NCBI GenBank assembly: GCA_977020255.1
Contig: CDROCS010001101.1
Span: forward strand, 620,001-684,000
Direction of reading: 5' to 3'
From: Obrimoposthia wandeli
Lineage: Eukaryota
Length of the DNA: 64,000 nt
Position numbers and translations under genes: made by a program. Each line of letters begins with the position of its first letter. Within the stretch, counting starts at the first letter, position 1. Under the pieces are notes generated by a model that saw nothing but the letters and a program-made list of their open reading frames with translations, had not been told where the DNA came from and did not search any database. Below, in pieces: positions 10,483 through 17,672 of this stretch.

Positions 10483-12504
10483 GTGAAAAAATCTGCCCTT
10501 TGCTTTGCCATCTCTTCTGCGTTACTTACTGCTTCATTTGCATCACATGCTGCAAATGTAAAAGTACTTGATAAAACACTTTCTCCAGCAGCTAACTTTC
10601 TTGCTTATACCGAGTTCGAATTATCAGGTGAACCACTTGCTGAAGCGCTAGGTTTAGACCTTGATGTTTTAGACCCGAATCAAGTAGATCAACCAACTGC
10701 ATTCGATTATGCAGCGGGTATTGAAAGCTACGAATACTCAGAAGAAGCGATGTATGCGTTAAACTACCAGTCTACTATGGGTCCTCACCTAGTAAACGGT
10801 CCAGTTAACCAAGCACGCGGCGGTTCTCTTGCTGACTTAGGTAAACGTTTTATTTCTCTTGCGGGTGCAGTAGGCTTCCCAAGTGAAGAGATCCCATTAA
10901 ACATGTACCCTATCTCAGTACCTTACGTATCAGGTAACCCTGAATTCGTTGGTAAAGTAGATACAACCAAAGTGAATGGCGAAGAACTTGAAGTATTATC
11001 TGCTACAGGTAAAGCAGCAGTTCACAACACAGTGATCCCAGCTTATTTCCGTGACTACAAAACACTAGCATGGGACAGCGCAAGTTTCGATAAAGCCTTA
11101 AACCCAGGCGCAATCGGCAGTATCTTCCTTAAAGAAGTTATGTGGTCACAAGATTTCTTAGGTGGCATGCACGTTACGACGACAGACGAAGAAGTTGAAG
11201 CAACATCAAGCACAATGGATCAAGATGGTGTACACAGTCTTGGTGTATCCGCTGCCGATGGTTTCAACGGTATGATCTTAACTGAAATGTCGCTAGACAA
11301 GTTACTTATCCTGCAACAGCAACTTGGCTTTGACGGTAAGAACCTAGGCGTTAAATTTGGTCCTGATTATGATGCATCTAAAAACCCTATCTGGTTTGCA
11401 CATAAAGTAGCCGTTAAAGAAACACAGAAAAACAACGTAAATAACATCGGTAAACTGACAGTGACAGATGGTTCATCATCACTGCGTGATACGTGGATGC
11501 TATTATGGCCTGTCAGTGAATTCTATGCATTCACAGACCAACGTACTGCAAATACTGCACAAAACCCAGCGTTTAAAGCAGTATTTGATGGCAAACCATT
11601 TGCTGCAGCACCAAAACAAAACATTGATAACAAAACAAGCAATAATATCATTGCTGACGATGCGTTCTCAGTAGCAAGCAACGTGGCTAACCTATCGTTC
11701 CAAAACTTAGCAAACCTACATTTCAATGAGAAAGCAGGTACGTTTGTTACTAAGTACGACGGCAAGCAAAATGCACAAGTTGATACATTCGACGCGGCAT
11801 ACAGCATCGTAGCATTATCAATTTACCAACGTTCACAAGATGCATTACCTGTAGGTTATGCAGCAGCAGACGGCGGTGATGTAGATTTAGCAACACCTCA
11901 AGGTAAAAAAGCACTTGGTCTAATCAAAGCACAAGCAGATTACATCGTTAACACGTTAGTAGCGAAAAATGGTCTAGTATATGACGGCGCGACGATTGGC
12001 AAATCAGTAGATAAAAACCAATCACTTGACGCTCAATTCGCTTCAATCCGTGGTTTAGTTGCCGCTTACCTTGCTACACAAGACGACAGCTACAAGCAAG
12101 CAGCACGTTCAATCTTCCTTGCGGTAGAGAAAAACATGTTTGATGCTGAGCTAGGTACTTGGGCACAAACACCAGGTAAAGCAACAATCCACACACCATT
12201 AACTGCTGCAGCAATCTCTGGCGGTTTACGTGAAACAATACTTCACCTTGCTAACGAAGAAGGCGAACATGTTCCAGCTCTAGAACTACAACACTTAACT
12301 GAACGTTACACTGCTTGGTTCAAGAAAGTTGTTAACGGTGGCCAACAGTTATCAGAATGGGTTGGTGATTCAGGTGAAAACTTACTGAAAGACAGCAATA
12401 CTACTGATTCAGATAATGATGGTGTGAAACAAGTTACAGCTGCTGGCGGTAAATTTGGTACAGCACAAACGATGGCAGCAAAAGTATCGGTTAGTGCTAA
12501 ATAA
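10483..12504 (+). CDS. Uncharacterised secreted protein, 673 aa, C-terminal half possibly alpha/alpha-toroid; first gene of FTR1 cluster
   Basis: GTG start with AAGGA SD; signal peptide MKKSALCFAISSALLTASFASHA; helical repeat LDAQFASIRGLVAAYLATQDDSYKQAARSIF resembles six-hairpin glycosidase-like folds; strongly biased codon use. Confidence 0.7.
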   Translation: MKKSALCFAISSALLTASFASHAANVKVLDKTLSPAANFLAYTEFELSGEPLAEALGLDLDVLDPNQVDQPTAFDYAAGIESYEYSEEAMYALNYQSTMGPHLVNGPVNQARGGSLADLGKRFISLAGAVGFPSEEIPLNMYPISVPYVSGNPEFVGKVDTTKVNGEELEVLSATGKAAVHNTVIPAYFRDYKTLAWDSASFDKALNPGAIGSIFLKEVMWSQDFLGGMHVTTTDEEVEATSSTMDQDGVHSLGVSAADGFNGMILTEMSLDKLLILQQQLGFDGKNLGVKFGPDYDASKNPIWFAHKVAVKETQKNNVNNIGKLTVTDGSSSLRDTWMLLWPVSEFYAFTDQRTANTAQNPAFKAVFDGKPFAAAPKQNIDNKTSNNIIADDAFSVASNVANLSFQNLANLHFNEKAGTFVTKYDGKQNAQVDTFDAAYSIVALSIYQRSQDALPVGYAAADGGDVDLATPQGKKALGLIKAQADYIVNTLVAKNGLVYDGATIGKSVDKNQSLDAQFASIRGLVAAYLATQDDSYKQAARSIFLAVEKNMFDAELGTWAQTPGKATIHTPLTAAAISGGLRETILHLANEEGEHVPALELQHLTERYTAWFKKVVNGGQQLSEWVGDSGENLLKDSNTTDSDNDGVKQVTAAGGKFGTAQTMAAKVSVSAK

Positions 12505-12531
12505 CCGCCCTTTTGGCAACAAATAGCCATC

Positions 12532-12590
12532 TCGCAGCGCTAGCTTAACCTAAATTAGTTAGCCTAAATCAGTTAAGTTAAGCGTTGCGA
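12532..12590. repeat. Long imperfect inverted repeat in the intergenic region
   Basis: tcgcagcgct-agcttaac ... gttaagtt-a-agcgttgcga, with an internal near-duplicated 14-mer cctaaat(t/c)agtta. Confidence 0.7.
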
Positions 12591-12606
12591 AATTAAAATA
12601 AAAGTT

Positions 12607-12648
12607 GCAAAAAGGGATGAGATTTTACTCAGCCCTTTTTGCGTTTTC
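12607..12648 (+). terminator. Terminator-like hairpin inside the cluster
   Basis: gcaaaaagggatgag-atttta-ctcagccctttttgc followed by gtttt. Confidence 0.6.
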
Positions 12649-12676
12649 ATTACGTCGATATGAATAAGGTTTTATC

Positions 12677-13159
12677 ATGTCAGTTCAAGCAGCTACTCCA
12701 GCCGACGATAACGTCTGGTCACGTTTACAACAACATTTTAAACGTCTGGCCTTTCACCATAAAAAAGCGGAAGCAATATTATATTTAATGTTCTTATCGG
12801 GACTTTTATTGTGGCCGTTTATCACGATCCCATGGCAAGTAGAACGCACCGTATTACTCATGCACATGCTTGCTGGTATTAGTATATTTCCTGTTTTTGT
12901 TGGCAGCTTCTGGTTGTCGCACCGTAACTTGATCAAAAAAAGTAACAAGAAATTCTTGCGTCAAACAGGCACAATAATAGAATACTTACTTATTGCCTGT
13001 ACTCTTACCGGTATTTACCTGACGTTTTGGGGTAACACCGGCAATAATTTCAGTATCTTAATGCAAGATATCCATTTTTACAGCTCATGGTTACTCACCC
13101 CACTGGTTCTTCGTCACGCATGGCGCTGGACAGTCATTAAATTTTTTAGGAAGTCATAA
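12677..13159 (+). CDS. Putative di-heme cytochrome b-like 4-TM membrane protein
   Basis: Four TM helices; His pairs H63/H82 (TM2) and H133/H147 (TM4); SG and TG in TM1 and TM3, a typical cytochrome b heme-packing pattern. Confidence 0.65.
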   Translation: MSVQAATPADDNVWSRLQQHFKRLAFHHKKAEAILYLMFLSGLLLWPFITIPWQVERTVLLMHMLAGISIFPVFVGSFWLSHRNLIKKSNKKFLRQTGTIIEYLLIACTLTGIYLTFWGNTGNNFSILMQDIHFYSSWLLTPLVLRHAWRWTVIKFFRKS

Positions 13160-13160
13160 T

Positions 13161-13997
13161 ATGTTTGCCAGTTTTTTAATTACCTTCCGTGAAGGACTCG
13201 AAGCCTTCCTACTTGTTGGCATTATACTTTCTTACCTTGCAAAACTGGGCGAATCAAAGCACAACAAACTCATCTATATTGGTGTTGCACTCGGTTTGAT
13301 TGCGTCATTAATTGTTGCCTTCATTTTTCAGTTTGTAGTCGACCAGTTTGATTCCCATGAATACCGTAATTTATTAATGGCTGGTATTTTAAGCTTTGCG
13401 ACAGTCGTGCTTACCTACATGGCCATTTGGATGCAGCGCCAGGCTAAAAGCCAAGTCACGAACATGCAAAACAATATCCGCCAAATATTAACCACAGGTA
13501 ATGTTTTTGGGTTAATCTTTCTGGCCTTCCTTGCGGTGATGCGCGAAGGCTTTGAAACTGTGTTATTTTTCTCGGCATTGATGTATTCAGGCCAAGGCGA
13601 TTTTTCATTACAAGATGGATTAATTGGCGCTGGTGCAGGTCTTGTTGCATCACTGGTTCTCGTTATTGTACTAATGCGTGGCACCCGTAAAGTACCAATC
13701 CAAGCTTTCTTCAAATGGACCAGCTTGTTGATCATTATCATTGCCGCTGGTTTATTATCTTCAGCAACCAATATGCTACAGAGCGCCGACGTATTACCTG
13801 TATTCCAAACAGCGGTCTTTGATATTAGCCATATCCTTGATGACCAAGGTGTATTTGGTACTTTCTTACGGGCTTTATTTGGTTATAATTCATCACCTAA
13901 TCTATTACCTCTGATTGTTTGGGGCATTTATTTAGCGGTGTTCTCTGTGTTCTGGCAGCGTGGTTATCAAGTCCCGGCTAAAACAGCCGACGCTTAA
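13161..13997 (+). CDS. FTR1/EfeU family iron permease
   Basis: Two REXXE motifs (FREGLEA, MREGFET), about 7 TM, C-terminal LRALFGY. Confidence 0.92.
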   Translation: MFASFLITFREGLEAFLLVGIILSYLAKLGESKHNKLIYIGVALGLIASLIVAFIFQFVVDQFDSHEYRNLLMAGILSFATVVLTYMAIWMQRQAKSQVTNMQNNIRQILTTGNVFGLIFLAFLAVMREGFETVLFFSALMYSGQGDFSLQDGLIGAGAGLVASLVLVIVLMRGTRKVPIQAFFKWTSLLIIIIAAGLLSSATNMLQSADVLPVFQTAVFDISHILDDQGVFGTFLRALFGYNSSPNLLPLIVWGIYLAVFSVFWQRGYQVPAKTADA

Positions 13998-14064
13998 CTT
14001 AAAGAACAACAAAATAATAAAAGAGTGCTGGGTCTAAATAACATGAATCTACTTAGACCTTACA

Positions 14065-14083
14065 TATAAAAATAATAATCATT
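14065..14083 (+). promoter_or_regulatory. Possible Fur box upstream of the flavoprotein gene
   Basis: tataaaaataataatcatt matches 13/16 defined consensus positions, 9 bp before ATG 14093; AT-rich context lowers specificity. Confidence 0.4.
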
Positions 14084-14092
14084 GAGTACATA

Positions 14093-15562
14093 ATGTCGAA
14101 ACAAATTGTAATTTTAGGCGCAGGTCCAGCTGGACTAATGGCCGCATGGGAATTTAATCAAGCTGGCTATGAAGTCACTATTCTAGAGCGAGAAACATTT
14201 GTCGGTGGCATGTGCGCGACCCAAACATTCCAAGGCGAAAAAGGCGAATATCGTTTCGACTACGGTGGTCATCGCTTCATCACTAAAAACCCGAAATTAT
14301 TACAGTTTATCGATGACTTAATGACTGACGATCTACTTTATGCTGAGCGTACCAGCGTGATCCGTTTTAAAGGCCGTACTTACAACTACCCGCTCGCAAT
14401 TGGTAATTTACTGCGTAATGCGCCAATCAGTTTATTAGCAGGTGCTGCGGTAGATTTAGTATTTAAGCTACCATTCCAGAAGCGCCCTAGCGAACAAAGT
14501 ACCAGCAACTTTGCCGAGTGGATTGAAACGCGTTTTGGTACAACCTTATATAAAAACTTCTTCGAAGGTTACACAGGTAAACTTTGGGGTATCGACCCAC
14601 GTCAGCTCTCTGCAGACTGGGCGTCTCAACGCATTAGCTTGTTAGATTTAAAAGATGTAGCACGACGCTTAATACCCACTCGTGGCGCAACACCTCGTAC
14701 TTACGCTAAAAAATACCGTTATCCTAAACTCGGCTTTGGCCAAATGTATACCAAGCTTGCTGAAAAGTTACAGTTGCAAGGTGTAACGATAGTACAAGGC
14801 GCAAACATCACAGCGCTAAATCAAGGCCATGATCTACGTAATGAGCTTAATAAGAGCAATAGCATTGATGCCGTGACTTATGAGCTTAACGGTGAAACAC
14901 ATACGATTAATTGTGATCACGTGGTAGGCACAATCCCATTACCTGTAGTTTGTACATTAACAGGCTTTGATTCAGGTTTAACTTATCGTTCACTGCGCTT
15001 TTTTAACATGCCAATGGCGACAGAAAATGTGTCTCAGAATACCTGGCAGTATCTATCAGATCCTGAGTTACTGGGTACTCGCTTACAAGAACCTCGTCGT
15101 CGCTCACCCTTTATGGCACCCAAAGGTCAAACATCGGTTATGATCGAGATCCCTTGTGATAAAGGTGATGATGTTTGGAATATGGACAACGATAAACTAT
15201 TAAAACGAGTAAAAGAAGACCTGGATCATTTAGACGTACCAGATGTAAGTACAGGTGAATACTTTACTACTTATACTGAATACGCTTATCCAATGATGGA
15301 TGTAAGCTACAACGCCAAACGTGAACGTGCAATTACGCACCTTAACCAATTTGACAACTTGGTCATGACTGGTCGCCAAGGTACTTTCCGTTACATCTTC
15401 ACTGATACCGCTATGGAAATGGGCTTAATGGCCGCAGAAGGTATTATCAAAGGTGAAGATAACCGTCGCCAAATTTTTGATCACCGTAACGAAAAAACAG
15501 TGATTGAAGTGCAAAGTATAATGGATGATAAAAAAACACCGGAGGGTAAAAATGTCACTTAG
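14093..15562 (+). CDS. FAD-dependent oxidoreductase, UDP-galactopyranose mutase / protoporphyrinogen oxidase superfamily
   Basis: Rossmann GAGPAG, ERETFVGG (GG motif), FDYGGHRF, YTGKLWG, C-terminal GRQGTFRY..TDTAM. Confidence 0.8.
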   Translation: MSKQIVILGAGPAGLMAAWEFNQAGYEVTILERETFVGGMCATQTFQGEKGEYRFDYGGHRFITKNPKLLQFIDDLMTDDLLYAERTSVIRFKGRTYNYPLAIGNLLRNAPISLLAGAAVDLVFKLPFQKRPSEQSTSNFAEWIETRFGTTLYKNFFEGYTGKLWGIDPRQLSADWASQRISLLDLKDVARRLIPTRGATPRTYAKKYRYPKLGFGQMYTKLAEKLQLQGVTIVQGANITALNQGHDLRNELNKSNSIDAVTYELNGETHTINCDHVVGTIPLPVVCTLTGFDSGLTYRSLRFFNMPMATENVSQNTWQYLSDPELLGTRLQEPRRRSPFMAPKGQTSVMIEIPCDKGDDVWNMDNDKLLKRVKEDLDHLDVPDVSTGEYFTTYTEYAYPMMDVSYNAKRERAITHLNQFDNLVMTGRQGTFRYIFTDTAMEMGLMAAEGIIKGEDNRRQIFDHRNEKTVIEVQSIMDDKKTPEGKNVT

Positions 15563-16178
15563 TTCGATACAATCATTTAGTGTGATTAACGCAAAAACAG
15601 TAAAGTCGTTCTTTTTCAGTTTCTTCGTATTGCTATTTAGTACGCAAAGTTTTGCTTACTCTTATGCTGCAGCTGGTAAAGAACCTTTAATTGAAGGCCG
15701 TGAAACATTATTGAAAGCCTTATCAGCAAATGATTACACTGCAGTGCAAACGGCATATGACTCAATGCTGGCAGAGTTTGTTTACTTTAATGAGCATCAT
15801 GGTCTAAATGTTGATGAGCAAATGCAAACAGCGATCACAAACCAAGATCAACAAGGTGTGGCTACAGCCTTAACCACCACCATGAAGGCAGAAGTAATGC
15901 GCCGCCTTGAAGGTGCAGAGCAAAACATCAACGATTACCAAGTCGCTAAAGTCCTCGTGGTCAAAAGTAAGTTATTTATTGATTTACTGGCCGCTGATTT
16001 AACGGCTGATAATCGCCAGAAAGCAGATTTAGCGATCCGTGGGGCGCTTGCCTCTATCGGTAACCCTGGTGTATTTGGTGTTGGCCAAAAACCTGCGGAT
16101 GTAACGCGCTTCATTGCCTTCCGTACTGACTTACAAGCGGCACTGCAATTCACATTACCCGATGCTCCAACGAAGTAG
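15552..16178 (+). CDS. Uncharacterised secreted all-helical protein
   Basis: ATG 15552 with GGAGG SD, overlapping the upstream stop; signal peptide ending QSFA; mature YSYAAAGKEP...; amphipathic helices. Confidence 0.7.
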   Translation: MSLSSIQSFSVINAKTVKSFFFSFFVLLFSTQSFAYSYAAAGKEPLIEGRETLLKALSANDYTAVQTAYDSMLAEFVYFNEHHGLNVDEQMQTAITNQDQQGVATALTTTMKAEVMRRLEGAEQNINDYQVAKVLVVKSKLFIDLLAADLTADNRQKADLAIRGALASIGNPGVFGVGQKPADVTRFIAFRTDLQAALQFTLPDAPTK

Positions 16179-17577
16179 TAAGCCTTGCTACACTGATTTA
16201 ATTGTCGGTATTAGCGTAATAGCCTGCATTGCAGGCTATTTTGGCTTACTCAATTATTATAGTTTTGATATTAGTAGTGATGATGCACTGTATTTTCAGC
16301 GCGCATTAACTTATTTTTCGGTATTAGAATTCAGCCCACACTTTCCCGGTTATCCCGGCTTTGTTTGGTTTGAACGCTGTATCGCTGCAATCACTTCCCA
16401 TCCCAATAGTAATGTATTATTAAGTTTTCTTTCAGCTATCGCGTTAACGTTCAGCATCTTTGTCTATTGCTATCAACGTATGCAATCAAAGGGGTTTACT
16501 GTCCTTGCCGTTATGCTTTTTTTACTGCAAGGCAATATTGCTGAATTGGCCTTTAATGGCTTGTCTGATGCGACCGCACTGTGGTTCTTCAGCTTATATT
16601 TATTACAGGCTCACCTGTATACGCGGCCCACTACGAACATTGAAAAAAAAGATAAATACTCAGCACTAATCGGTGGACTGCTATTAGCGGCATGCCTCGC
16701 TACCCGTCCCTCTTATTTACCGCTAGTCGCGAGCGCACTGGTTTTAGAGTTTATCTATCACCCTCAGGGACGATTACGTTTTAAGTGGCTCGGTTGGCAA
16801 TTATTCAGTATCACAATCCTTGGGTTATTTTGCGCTGGTTATGTCTTTATGCAAGATGGCTGGGCATATATTGAAGAAGGCCAACGCTTTACCCAAGGTC
16901 ACTTTACTATTTGGGGCAATACCACCAGTACAACAGATTCTTTATTACAACAATGGCTAACAACCCTAACCAATACCTATTCAAGTTTAGGGCTTGCCTT
17001 ATTAACCACGAGCCTTACCATCGGCCTTTATATACCCAAGACACGTGGTCTTAGTATTCTCGCTTGTTGCTGGTTTGCATGGATAATTCGTGGACAAAAT
17101 CCAGAAAACATTCGCCATTTAGCTGTTTTTAGCTTGTTGTTACCCATCATAATCGCTCAATTAATGGCACATTTTTATCAGCAAAAAAACCTCCGGCCTA
17201 TCCTATACGTGTTTAGTATTATATTACTGGTAACACTGGGTTATCACAGTCTAAAACAGTTCTCAGAGCAGAAACATGCCCCGGCATTACAAGCAACTCA
17301 GTTTTTTGACGCAATGAATACGCAACAGATTATTATCAGTAATTATAATATCGATAATTTGCGTCACACTTTACCGCAACACGTCATTTTAGATCGCCAC
17401 TATCAAAACAGCAGTAATTACCAAGCTCAACAGCAAGGATACTGGCGACTGAGCAGTAATACACTTGGCACTAATAAACTGGGTAATGATGATTTGGTAG
17501 CACAATTTAAAGGTCGTTTTCTGGGGGAACGTAGTTTATACCTCTATTATTTTGATCCTAATCATTTTAGCCCGTAA
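16162..17577 (+). CDS. GT-C fold (PMT/ArnT-like) polytopic membrane protein, putative glycosyltransferase
   Basis: Likely ATG 16162 overlapping the upstream stop; about 10-11 TM; first external loop SDDALYF...SPHFPGYP; later LACLATRPSY motif. Confidence 0.6.
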   Translation: MLQRSSKPCYTDLIVGISVIACIAGYFGLLNYYSFDISSDDALYFQRALTYFSVLEFSPHFPGYPGFVWFERCIAAITSHPNSNVLLSFLSAIALTFSIFVYCYQRMQSKGFTVLAVMLFLLQGNIAELAFNGLSDATALWFFSLYLLQAHLYTRPTTNIEKKDKYSALIGGLLLAACLATRPSYLPLVASALVLEFIYHPQGRLRFKWLGWQLFSITILGLFCAGYVFMQDGWAYIEEGQRFTQGHFTIWGNTTSTTDSLLQQWLTTLTNTYSSLGLALLTTSLTIGLYIPKTRGLSILACCWFAWIIRGQNPENIRHLAVFSLLLPIIIAQLMAHFYQQKNLRPILYVFSIILLVTLGYHSLKQFSEQKHAPALQATQFFDAMNTQQIIISNYNIDNLRHTLPQHVILDRHYQNSSNYQAQQQGYWRLSSNTLGTNKLGNDDLVAQFKGRFLGERSLYLYYFDPNHFSP

Positions 17578-17592
17578 ACATAACTGCAATTA

Positions 17593-17636
17593 TTGCACTA
17601 TCGCGCCAAAACTATATAATGATAACCATTCTTAAT
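17593..17636 (+). promoter_or_regulatory. Internal sigma70 promoter overlapped by a Fur-like box
   Basis: -35 ttgcac (17593), perfect -10 tataat (17615, 16-bp spacer); aatgataaccattcttaat (17618-17636) matches 13/16 Fur consensus positions. Confidence 0.65.
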
Positions 17637-17672
17637 CGTAATACCCTTCACCTCTATCAAGATGCTGTATCT

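Noticed and set aside
12440-12504. Possible GlyGly-CTERM or LPXTG sorting signal on the 673-aa protein, given the rhombosortase and pds genes nearby
   Set aside because: The C-terminus (AGGKFGTAQTMAAKVSVSAK) has no hydrophobic TM segment and no basic tail.
14093-15562. Calling the flavoprotein glf (UGM) or hemY
   Set aside because: Only superfamily-level motifs are visible, so a specific gene symbol is not supported.
17619-17672. Track start codon 17619 for the hexaheme protein
   Set aside because: It lies inside the -10 element and Fur-like box; ATG 17673 (or 17685) gives a normal signal peptide.
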